From Torpedo marmorata (lineage: Eukaryota): DNA of 64,000 bases. Shown here piece after piece: positions 25,126 through 35,275 of the stretch. The position numbers were made by a program, and so were the translations under genes. Position 1 is the stretch's first letter; every line of letters starts with the position of its first letter. Under the pieces are notes generated by a model that was not told the origin of the DNA, did not search any database, and saw nothing but the letters and a program-made list of their open reading frames with translations. The stretch lies in contig OZ360230.1 of the NCBI GenBank assembly GCA_977017645.1, positions 54,746,001 through 54,810,000 on the forward strand, written 5' to 3'.

Positions 25126-26774
25126 GTCCTTTTCACCAGCTTCCAGCAGGGCACAGCTAAATCTGACACCTGGAAATGTAAATCCTCCTCTTTTTGGATC
25201 ACGATGAAGGCACGGACCTTTAAATTGGGAATTCCCTCACGTTTCCCAAATGATCCTCATGACTCAGTCAACGAACATGAGGAAAAGCCAAATGATCTGA
25301 TGAGCTGAAGGTACGAAGCAAAAACAGTTTACGTTATTTGTTGAACTGGAAAAATATGCAAATACTTACTAAAATGAGACATGCTTCAACCCCAGACTTT
25401 TACAAATCCTTTGGAAGTCAAAATGGAATTTAACATTCATTTATCCACTATCTATTACTGAAGTACATACCATTGACATAAACATAAAGGTTGGCAAATT
25501 GAAAATAAAATTTGGAATAATAAAATTCATTGAAAGGCAGATGTGAACTCTGTTTGATATCAATGATATCAACATTATGACATAATTCATTCACTCATCT
25601 TGAAAGCTCCTAAATTTTTCACAGAAGTTGGCTTCCGAACCTCAAATAACACAATCCTTGGATCATTAAACTGCCCATAATTTCATCAGAGAAAGAAGAG
25701 CGTTTGAATGAAGATACTACAGTTAGTGGAATGGAAAGCATACTGAAAGCATGCTCCAAGCCTGGGGAGGGGTTTCCATTGGATTTCATGAATTCTCTGG
25801 CCAGCCTACTACACCTACATGGTGGGTGGGGGGGGTTATTTCATTCCAGATACCTGAACTTTCCCTGAGTCATAACTTTCGCTGAGTTCTGTGGTCCTAG
25901 TAGCCAAACAATTTTGACATTCAAAAGAAATTTGGGTACATAGAGCATAGATAGGAAGGGCTTAGAAAGACCTAAAGCAGGCAAATGGGACTAGCCCAGA
26001 ATGACAACTTGGTCAGCATGAACGAGTTGGGCCTAAGGGCCTTTTCTCTGCTGTAGGACTCCTTGACTTCAAGGTGAGATAGAGAGATTTAAGAGGGACC
26101 TGAGAGGGGTAATATTTTCACTTTGAGGGGAGTCCAGCTGGGTACACTGGGCAAGTTTCCCTCCCCTTTCTTGAAAGTTTCCTTGGATATCTGACATCAT
26201 TCTACGAGGGCCAAAGTTTTGTAATAATCCGTGAAATACGAAAGTCTGCAGACGCTGTGATTGTAGTAAAAACACACCAAAACGCTGGAGGAGCAAGCAC
26301 AGGAGAAGGAAGATACATGCCACACTCCTTCTACCATGACGGTAGCTCAACTCAAAATATTTGCTTGCTTTAAATTACTTTTAGGGTGTCGTTTAAATGC
26401 GAAAGGTGCTATATAAATCCAAGTTCTTTAGTTACAAGGTCTGCTGCAAAATCTGTAGGGCTCTGGGGAGAGGTTGAAAGAGTGGGGCAAATTGCTCTTG
26501 CATCGAGCCAGCACAGACTTAATGGCCTCTTGGCATGCTGAAAACCATTCTGCAGCCTGTGATTTTATAAATCACTAAAACTAACGACTGAGGATGCCAG
26601 AAGCACTGGGCAGATCAGGCAGATGTTGTGGAGAGGGTAACAAAAGATTGAAGACTTCAACCACCACCCCCCCCCCCACCTTCTCTCTCCCAGGAGAAGT
26701 TAAGACCATCAGCTTTTCTTGCCGATTCCCAGCATCCTTGGTATTTTGCTCTTGTTTATAAAGATTCATCTGAG

Positions 26775-27110
26775 TCTGGCTCTGAGCATGGAATTCTCAG
26801 CACTGAGTCACAAGGAAAAATGCTGGAGCTCATTTCCCTGATTTCAGTTTACAATCTGGGTTTATATTTCAGAGCAGTGGAGAGCGTTGCTTTTGGAAAG
26901 AGTCTCCTTTGGAGGAGACATCAAACCAATATTTTGCCTCTTTGCTGGAACAACATAGAAAAATAGAAACAGAAATAAGCCAGGCATCACAGTAAACCAG
27001 CCAACATCACACTCAGCACTGATCACCAAAATAAACTATGTAATCAGTCATTCAGGAGCGATTTCTGAGATCTTGCTCTGCTCAAATCATTGCCAATACT
27101 TCCAACCCCC
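26775..27110 (+). mobile_element. Degenerate DeuSINE (SacSINE1/AmnSINE1-like)
   Basis: 'ctttggaggagacatcaaacc' and 'gagatcttgctctgctcaaat' resemble the recalled Deu domain. Confidence 0.45.
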
Positions 27111-27579
27111 ATCCACCAACTTAATGCAATCCCCACCCAGTTTTAGTGTCCTAGCATTGAAACAGGCACTTCACTGCCCATGGGAAGAAGCTGTTCCTCA
27201 GCCTGGTGGTTCTGGCTCTGATATTCCTGTATCTCTTTCCCCATGGGAGTAGCTGGAAGATGCTACGTGCGGGGTGTTAGGGGTCCTCAATGATTTTGTG
27301 TTCCCACGCTGTAGGAGTCTTTGACTAAGAAAGATGGCATCTATCCAAGTCAGAATGCTAAGCAGCTTGTGGGGTGTCCTGAAGATGATGGGGTCGTGGA
27401 ACTGTGGTAATAACTCCCTGAGGTGTGGCGATCTTTAACGGATCATAAGGGGGCGTGGTCTGATGGCGTAGGTTGGAGACGTGGAAATACACCTCTCCCT
27501 ACAGAACTAATTAAAAACTGTTTAAAAAAAACTTTATTTAGTTAAAAAAAAGTTAAGAGCATTTAGTAAAGATTTAACA

Positions 27580-28950
27580 ATGACTACAAGAAAAATGAAG
27601 GAACAAAAGGTAAAGAAAGTAGTGCTTCAGCAAAGTTTACTTCAAGAGGAAGATCGGCCTACCTGCTTGATGGAGCCTCGGGCTCAAGTTTCCCTCCCTC
27701 CCAGGAAGATGCGAACGAGGACATCTAAAATAATTGAAACGCTGGCGCTGCTGTCCCGGGGAGCTGGGGAAGATGGCGCTGGTGCTCAAAAGAAGACTAC
27801 AAGACCACAAATCGAAAGTGAGCAACTGCGCATGAGCGAAACAATGTGCATGCGCGATAGAGATTGGGAGCTGTCAGCTAAGGCTGACGGCAAAAGAGAG
27901 GTCCCACAATCATTACAGTATGATGTGGGACAGGAAATTTCATCTTCAACAGATTCAGATGATAAAAAGAGAGAGAAGGAAGAAGAAATGGAGGAAGAAA
28001 TAGAAGAAATGGAGGGAGAGGATGAAGAACTAAGTGGAGAAGAGACTGAAGTATCTTTGGTTCAACAACAAATACTTAAGGCTATTGACAATTTAACAAA
28101 GCAAGTGTCAAAGCTGAATCAACGTATGGAATATAGATTTAATGGAATTGAAGAAGAAATAAAAACCATGAAGCAAGATATGAGAAAACAGACAAATACT
28201 GTGAATACAGTAAAATCGAAAGTTCAAGAAATTGAAAAGGATGTTAAAGAGCATTATGAAGAAATGGTGGATTATAAAGATAGAGTTGATAAAGTGGAAG
28301 ATCCATTTACAGGTTGGGAGCAGCAAAGAAATGAACTTTTACAAAAATTGGATGTATTGGAAAATCAGAGTCGGAGAAATAATGTTAAAATTGTGGGACT
28401 GCCTGAAAATTTTGAAGAGGGGAACATGACTGAATTTTTTCAAAAATGGATTCCAGAGGCTTTGGGTATTGATAATTTTAAGTGTGGACTGGTTTTAGAG
28501 AGAGCTCATAGAGATAGTAGAAAGAAACCATATCCTGGACAAAGGCCACGTTCAGTGTTAATTAGATGTTTGCCATACCAGGATAGAGAGAAGGTATTAC
28601 AACTGGCTGTTCAAAATGCTAGGATGAACAAGAGTCCATTGATAATTGGGAATAATAAGATCTTTTTTTATCCTGATTTAAGTTCATTAATAGTTAAAAA
28701 ATGAAAAGAATTTAATCCAGCAAAAGCAATTTTTTGGAGTAAGGGATATAAATTTTCATTTAGATATCCTGCGGTTTTGAAGGTTCAATCTATAGAGAAT
28801 CAATCAATCTTTTTTGCTGATTATCAACAAGCTCTGCAGCATGCAAATTCCCTTCCGAATTTAAGGAAAGACCAAGATTTGATGGAACAACATCAAGCTC
28901 AAGATATTTTACCGACTCAGGACTTGCTTCCACCAAGTGTTTTAGGATGA
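27580..28950 (+). pseudogene. L1 ORF1 (coiled coil plus RRM/CTD); one premature stop at 28702-28704
   Basis: LDVLENQSRRNNVKIVGLPE, LERAHR, PRSVLIR, IFFYPDLS; the frame continues KEFNPAK..FRYPA after a TGA (probably from CGA). Confidence 0.88.
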
Positions 28951-29390
28951 GAAGATAAGGTCGAGATCGATGATAGAGAGCTCGAAGAAATTGGATGAAG
29001 AAATGATAATAAATGTTGTGTAAAATCTGTTGGGGGGGTGGACTTTTTGTCTTCTCCGTGCCTAGTCACAGATCACCTTAGTGGCGAGGGCCACTTCCCG
29101 AACAATGGAGAGGGGTAATACTGGTAATTAGGCCAGTATTGAATATAGTGGGGTTTTTAGTTTTTTTCTTTTTTTGTATCTTTTTTTTTTTCTTTTTTTT
29201 TCCTCTAAGGAGATGTCAGATAGATTACAATTGTGGAAGGGGGTGCCGGTGGATCTGATGGAGAGAGAGTTAGTAAATATTAAATGGTGGATAGTAAAGT
29301 AATAAATGTAGTAAGTATCAATATAAATGGGCTAAATAATCTGATTAAAAGGAAGAAAACTTTAGCATATATTAAAAAGTTAAAGGTAGA

Positions 29391-30012
29391 TGTAAGAGCC
29401 GTAGGCTCGTTTAACTTACTGTTGTTGCGGCGCTCCGATGTCTAGTCGGGCCTTGGAGCGCTCGCGTTGTTCACCAGGCCGTCCTCGGAGCGCTCCGAGG
29501 CTACGTCGGGCCTTGGAGCGCTTGCGTTGTTCTGTGGGCCGTCGTCGGCCCGTTCTTTGATATGCGCATGCGCGGGAGTGCCGACGGGCGCATGCGCAGT
29601 ATGGAGTGACGTCATTGTGCGCGTGGGAGGCTGGGAGTTGTAGTATGCGCGGGGTAGGATGCACAGAGCCATTAGAGAGAGAGAGAAGGAAAGGAAAAGA
29701 TGTATGGAGGGTGAGTCTGGTCTCCACATCTTTATTGACCGTTTTATACCGTTTTATAACTTTTACATCGTTCTACAGTGTTTTCATATCGTTTTGGAAT
29801 TGTTTAAAGAACTATTTAAAGGAACTCATCATACATCGTTTACAAGAACTGTTTATATTAAAGTCATTGAAGATTACTGCAAGTTATGTGTGAAAATAAA
29901 GGTTTTTGAACATATTGGACTTTGTTAGTAAATTAATTAAAACGCGTCAAAAGCAAGGACCACACTTAGCCTCCAGGTGACTATTGGTGGATCGAAGTCA
30001 CCGTTACTTATA
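29391..30012 (+). repeat. BEL 5' LTR (622 bp, TG...TATA)
   Basis: Identical to 34654-35275 except A29663 versus G34926. Confidence 0.95.
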
Positions 30013-30398
30013 GTCAATAAAGTGCTGGCTGTTTGGAACAGAAGTTTGAAGGAAAGAAGATAGAAAAAAAAACTCTCTGTGCTTTGGACTGATATAAATT
30101 GGTGGCCATTTTGGAGATGCCTCGAGTTGGGGGCAGTTTGTAATCTACATCCATCTGCCATGAATAACAGCCAGAGAGTGATTTAAAGCTTCAAATCTTA
30201 TAATAAAGTGTCCTATAAATACGTTGGAGAAACTATTTTTGGAAAATCAGTGATATTAGTGACGGATGTTGTGGTTGAAACTCGTTTAAAGATTGCAGCA
30301 CATTACAGTCATTAGAAGTGGTAGGCATAAGTCTGTGGACTCCTTCTGTGTATCTTTAGCAAGTAAGAACACAGATTGGAATTGCTGCCGCTGGTCCA

Positions 30399-33300
30399 TT
30401 GGGGACTGTTGTTTGGCTAGTGTTGTGTATGCTTGAAGGAAAGAGGAACAAGACGAGTAAAATGGCCGCAGCAGCCACTGATACAGCAGCTACTGATTTA
30501 TCAGCAGCTGACGCAGCAACCGCTGATGTTGCTGTTGAGGACCAACGTATTGAAGACATGAAGGTTGCGGAAATTAAAGAAGAATTGAAGCGACTGAAAA
30601 GGGACATAAGTGGAAATAAAAAGGTTCTTATTGAAAGATTGAAGCAGGCAAAGGATGAAGAGGCAGCTTTATTATTTGAACAAGAAGATAACTTGGAAAT
30701 GGCTGAAATTGTGTCAACAAATGATGAACAATTTGAATTGGATAAAGAGGTAAGTATGAAGACAACATATGAACTGCAGGACGAAATACAAGCAAGTGAC
30801 AGTGTCTCAAATGCTGAAAGCAGGAGAAGCAAAAGAAGTTCTGGTTCGAGCTCCAGAGTTTCTCGTACTTCAAGTTCTGCATCGTCACGTACAAGGATTG
30901 ATGTTAAATTGGCCGCTCTCATTGCACAACAAAAAACGCTTAAGGATAAATATATTTTGGAAGAAGAGGAGGAGCAGCTAAGACAAAAGGAGGAGCAGCT
31001 AAAGGAGCAGCTAAGACAAAAGGAGGAGCAGCTAAAGGAGCAGCTAAGACAAAAGGAGGAGCAGCTAAAGGAGCAGCTAAGACAAAAGGAGGAGCAGCTA
31101 AAGGAGCAGCTAAGACAAGAGGAGGAGCAGCTAAGACAAAATGAGAAACAGCTAAAGGAGCAGCTAAGACAAGAGAAGGAGCAGCTAAGGAAGAGAAAAG
31201 AACAGCATGAGCTGGAAGCAAACATTGCTATTGCCAAGGCAGAAAAGAAAGCAATAGAAGGCTCAATGGTATCTGGTGCTAGCAGTAAATTATCTAAATT
31301 ATCTGATAATAAAAGGTCATATTTAAAAAAGGAGTCACAGGAAAAGAAACCAACCAAAAGGATAGATATTTTAGAACCAAGGATACAAAACTTACATATA
31401 CAAAGACAAACCTTTCAAGAGCATTTTGGTATCGAGTCACATGTACCAATGGTAACATCTGAAAGCAAAGCTGCAGATTGGGTTCGGTCGAACGAAGTAG
31501 CTTCTTTGTTATGTGAGTCAAGCATCAGAAATATGGAAGAAACTACACCAGTAAGGTTTCCAGATACATTGCATGCAACAAGAAACAGTGAGCAGAGCAA
31601 TGTATTGTTATCCAAGGAAAGACAAAATGAAATTGCTGCATCATTGTTTCAGTTACAGTCTCTCTCTTCTTTACCCAAGAAAGAGATACAAACTTTTGAT
31701 GGTGATCCACTTCAATATCAATCATTTATGAGATCTTTCAAACGCAATATTGAAGATAAATGCCAAGATCGTGATGAATGTCTTTATTATTTGGAAATGT
31801 TTACAAAGGGACATCCAAAAGAACTGGTTAAAAGTTGTAAACAAATGTCTTCAGGAAGAGGATTAGACAAAGCTAAGGATTTATTGGAACAATATTTTGG
31901 CAACAAGCATCGAATTGCTTTAGCTTATATGGATAAAGCTCTTAAATGGACATCAATAAAACAAAATGATGTAAGGGCTTTGCAAGAATATACTTTGTTT
32001 TTAAGAGGATGTTGTAATGCTATGGAAGAAATCGATGGTATTCGTGAGCTTGATGTGCATAGTAATATGCGAATCATTTTAGAAAAATTACCTTACAAGG
32101 TATGGGATAGATGGAGAAATTTGGCTTGTGATTTACAAGTAAATTATGGTCGAAGAATTACTTTAAAGGATTTGGTAAATTTTCTTGAACGACAAGTGTA
32201 TGTTGAAACAGATCCACTATATGGAAATACCAGAGATAATTCAATGGGCAAAGATGTAAGAAAGTCTAATTCACAGTCTAGTCCGAAAGTGAAAAGGAGT
32301 ACTTTTGCTACTAATGTGCAAGTTATAAGTAAAGAAAAGGACAAAATAAATAAGGAAAAGGAAAGTTTGCCTAATGAAAAGAGTTGTTTGTTCTGTAAAG
32401 GTGGACATGCTTTGGAAATGTGTTTACAATTGGAAAGGAAGGAACATAAAGAAAGGATCGCTTTCTTAAAGGAAAATGGAATATGTTTTAGCTGTCTGTG
32501 TAAAGGGCACATCAGTAAAAACTGCGAGAAGCGAATTAATTGTAAAATATGCAATTTGAAACATCCTAGAATTTTGCATGTCCATAACAGAAACAAGGAA
32601 TTGGAAAAGGAGCAAACAGAAACAAAGGAAACAACAGAAAATAATGTTATTACCTCGGTTCAGACAAGTGGTCTTACTGGGGCCGGGGTGAATAACTGCA
32701 AACTTTCAATAGTGCCTGTACAAGTTAAGGCCAAGAAAGGGGATGCAATAGTAAAAACATATGCATTTCTAGACCCAGGTAGCACTGCATCTTTTTGCAC
32801 GGAAGGACTAATGAATAAACTTAATATTCAAGGAAGAAAATCAAGAATTATGTTAAAAACCATGGGACAAGAAAAGGTTGTTGAAACTAACATTGTTTCA
32901 GGCTTAGAGGTTGCTGGATTGGATGACAAAAAATTTTGTGATCTTCCAAGTGTATATACTCAGAAGACTATGCCTGTGAACGAAGGAAATATTCCTCATC
33001 AAAGTGATATCCATCATTTAGCTTATCTGTGGAAGGTTTATTTACCTGAAATTAATTCTGAGATAGAAATGCTGATTGGTTCAGATGTGCCAAAGGTTTT
33101 GGTACCAAAAGAAGTAATAGAAAGTAAAAGGAATGGACCTTACGCTATTAGAACCATACTTGGTTGGGCAATCAATGGACCAATGGAAAGAAATAATGAT
33201 ATTGCTCAGGAACAGGTAGCGATAAATGTTAATAAAATTTCAGTTGAGAAATTTGAAGAGTTAAGAGAAGAGCAAAAAACCGTGAATAAGAAAATCACTT

Positions 33301-34319
33301 ATGAAGAAAAGAAAACAGATCAATGTAAAAATAAATCAGTGGTATTTAAAACAACATTAAAGAAATTAATTTCGTCAGAAATGGATGAAAGTGAAGTATT
33401 AGAAGATGTTGCAAATAATACTGTTGATCATTCATGTGTAATTGAATCAAATACAGGAATAAAACAAGTGACTGAAAACAAATCTGAATGTAGATTTTGT
33501 AGTTCAGAGATTACAATTGACAAAGCTAATGAAGAATTATTGCAATGTGATGTAAAAATGGAGAACACAGAAAATTGTGCTGATGGAATAAAGAATAATG
33601 ATTCAGAGAACAAAATGTTGAAAGGAGAATTGGAAATATTAAATAAGCAAGAAAACAGTAAACAGAAAGATTTAATTGTAAGTAAAACTCGCAAAGTCAG
33701 AAAGCGGAAGAAAAGAATAACTGCTGAAGAAATGAATACAGTTATTGAGGAAAGAGATTCAGCATTATCAAAATGTAAAAGGTTGGAGGAAGAGATTAAT
33801 GTTTTGAAAGAGATCAAGTTATTGGTTAATAACACAAAACAGTTAACTTTTAAAACCAATCAAGAATGTAAATTGAATGTTCAACAATTAACAATGCAGA
33901 AAGAATGTGAAATTGCATTGCAGAAATGTAACAAGCAAGATGAAGAAATTAAAAAATTTCAAGTATGCCGCAACAGGATTGACAATGGAACTATCAATGT
34001 ATCGCATGATATTTTGACTTCAGATCAAATTATTAATTTCTCGGAAGGAGCTGAGACTGAATTTAAAGTTGCGAAATTGGATTTAGAATTGCAGGAAAGA
34101 GCAATAGAAACCAGAGTGGTTAAACAGACCTGTTTAAAATCGAAAGGATCAAATAAATATTCAAATTCTAATTCTGAGAGTTTAAATTCTTCACATGAGA
34201 AGTGGAATACTGAAGAAAGGAATAAAGTGAAACGACATGCTGAAGAAGTGCCTCATGTTAAATTCAAAAGGAAAACTGTATCTATTTTGTCTGAAGAAGA
34301 TTTGAGGTTTACTGATTGA
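30399..34319 (+). CDS. SAP domain - BEL Gag (three Cys/His knuckles) - aspartic protease - coiled-coil fusion with a MIPOL1-like segment; likely ATG at 30462
   Basis: 1306-aa open frame: SAP DMKVAEIKEELKRL..SGNKKVLIERL; Gag IQTFDGDPLQYQSF; CLFCKGGH..C, CFSCLCKGH..C, CKIC..HPRILH; protease AFLDPGS..LIGSD..ILGWAING; no RT, RNase H or integrase motifs. Confidence 0.9.
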   Translation: MGTVVWLVLCMLEGKRNKTSKMAAAATDTAATDLSAADAATADVAVEDQRIEDMKVAEIKEELKRLKRDISGNKKVLIERLKQAKDEEAALLFEQEDNLEMAEIVSTNDEQFELDKEVSMKTTYELQDEIQASDSVSNAESRRSKRSSGSSSRVSRTSSSASSRTRIDVKLAALIAQQKTLKDKYILEEEEEQLRQKEEQLKEQLRQKEEQLKEQLRQKEEQLKEQLRQKEEQLKEQLRQEEEQLRQNEKQLKEQLRQEKEQLRKRKEQHELEANIAIAKAEKKAIEGSMVSGASSKLSKLSDNKRSYLKKESQEKKPTKRIDILEPRIQNLHIQRQTFQEHFGIESHVPMVTSESKAADWVRSNEVASLLCESSIRNMEETTPVRFPDTLHATRNSEQSNVLLSKERQNEIAASLFQLQSLSSLPKKEIQTFDGDPLQYQSFMRSFKRNIEDKCQDRDECLYYLEMFTKGHPKELVKSCKQMSSGRGLDKAKDLLEQYFGNKHRIALAYMDKALKWTSIKQNDVRALQEYTLFLRGCCNAMEEIDGIRELDVHSNMRIILEKLPYKVWDRWRNLACDLQVNYGRRITLKDLVNFLERQVYVETDPLYGNTRDNSMGKDVRKSNSQSSPKVKRSTFATNVQVISKEKDKINKEKESLPNEKSCLFCKGGHALEMCLQLERKEHKERIAFLKENGICFSCLCKGHISKNCEKRINCKICNLKHPRILHVHNRNKELEKEQTETKETTENNVITSVQTSGLTGAGVNNCKLSIVPVQVKAKKGDAIVKTYAFLDPGSTASFCTEGLMNKLNIQGRKSRIMLKTMGQEKVVETNIVSGLEVAGLDDKKFCDLPSVYTQKTMPVNEGNIPHQSDIHHLAYLWKVYLPEINSEIEMLIGSDVPKVLVPKEVIESKRNGPYAIRTILGWAINGPMERNNDIAQEQVAINVNKISVEKFEELREEQKTVNKKITYEEKKTDQCKNKSVVFKTTLKKLISSEMDESEVLEDVANNTVDHSCVIESNTGIKQVTENKSECRFCSSEITIDKANEELLQCDVKMENTENCADGIKNNDSENKMLKGELEILNKQENSKQKDLIVSKTRKVRKRKKRITAEEMNTVIEERDSALSKCKRLEEEINVLKEIKLLVNNTKQLTFKTNQECKLNVQQLTMQKECEIALQKCNKQDEEIKKFQVCRNRIDNGTINVSHDILTSDQIINFSEGAETEFKVAKLDLELQERAIETRVVKQTCLKSKGSNKYSNSNSESLNSSHEKWNTEERNKVKRHAEEVPHVKFKRKTVSILSEEDLRFTD
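30968..31190 (+). repeat. 33-bp in-frame tandem repeat encoding (EQLRQKEEQLK)n
   Basis: GAGCAGCTAAGACAAAAGGAGGAGCAGCTAAAG repeated about 6 times. Confidence 0.95.
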
Positions 34320-34354
34320 CATTTTAACTCAGATTTGAAGATAAAAGAACTTTA

Positions 34355-34445
34355 AAGAGACATTGTTATTATTATGGATAATTCAACTTCAAGAAACTCC
34401 TGGTTATTTGGAGAAATTATTGAGACTTTTCGAGACAGAGGAACT
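34355..34445 (+). pseudogene. Remnant of the BEL integrase C-terminal tail (DUF5641-like)
   Basis: Translates RDIVIIMDNSTSRNSWLFGEIIETFRDRG; copy 2 reads GDIVISMDDSTPRNSWLLGKIIETIQDKRGLVRQVRIKT. Confidence 0.75.
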
Positions 34446-34653
34446 TTTATAAATGTGAACTGACTTTATTTGTTGTTGTATATTTCACAGGTTACAGACT
34501 TTTGATGAATCAGAGTTATGGTAAACTCTAGATTTATGAAGAAGGAAGCAAGAAGATTTGTATTGTTTTGAATATTATGGTTATTGTTATTTATAATTTA
34601 TAGTGTAATTATTATTCAAGACATTACGTCTAATTATAATAATTAGGGGCCGG

Positions 34654-35275
34654 TGTAAGAGCCGTAGGCTCGTTTAACTTACTGTTGTTGCGGCGCTCCG
34701 ATGTCTAGTCGGGCCTTGGAGCGCTCGCGTTGTTCACCAGGCCGTCCTCGGAGCGCTCCGAGGCTACGTCGGGCCTTGGAGCGCTTGCGTTGTTCTGTGG
34801 GCCGTCGTCGGCCCGTTCTTTGATATGCGCATGCGCGGGAGTGCCGACGGGCGCATGCGCAGTATGGAGTGACGTCATTGTGCGCGTGGGAGGCTGGGAG
34901 TTGTAGTATGCGCGGGGTAGGATGCGCAGAGCCATTAGAGAGAGAGAGAAGGAAAGGAAAAGATGTATGGAGGGTGAGTCTGGTCTCCACATCTTTATTG
35001 ACCGTTTTATACCGTTTTATAACTTTTACATCGTTCTACAGTGTTTTCATATCGTTTTGGAATTGTTTAAAGAACTATTTAAAGGAACTCATCATACATC
35101 GTTTACAAGAACTGTTTATATTAAAGTCATTGAAGATTACTGCAAGTTATGTGTGAAAATAAAGGTTTTTGAACATATTGGACTTTGTTAGTAAATTAAT
35201 TAAAACGCGTCAAAAGCAAGGACCACACTTAGCCTCCAGGTGACTATTGGTGGATCGAAGTCACCGTTACTTATA
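34654..35275 (+). repeat. BEL 3' LTR
   Basis: Direct repeat of 29391-30012. Confidence 0.95.

Larger units (their letters stand above)
29391..35275 (+). mobile_element. BEL/Pao LTR retrotransposon, young and non-autonomous (pol-less)
   Basis: Paired LTRs, 5-bp TSD GTAGA (29386-29390 / 35276-35280), PPT AATTAGGGGCCGG before the 3' LTR, BEL-type Gag-PR. Confidence 0.95.

Noticed and set aside
25295-25325. CTGATGAG...CGAAG as a hammerhead ribozyme
   Set aside because: No GAAA and no convincing stems.
29416-29928. Short ORFs duplicated at 34679-35191
   Set aside because: They lie within the LTRs, which explains the duplication.
30356-31357. 333-aa antisense ORF
   Set aside because: Shadow of the repetitive Gag coding strand.
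30399-34319. A domesticated host gene or the true MIPOL1 locus
   Set aside because: It is bounded by near-identical LTRs and a TSD, has no introns, and is multi-copy; only ~100 aa resemble MIPOL1, so no gene symbol was assigned.
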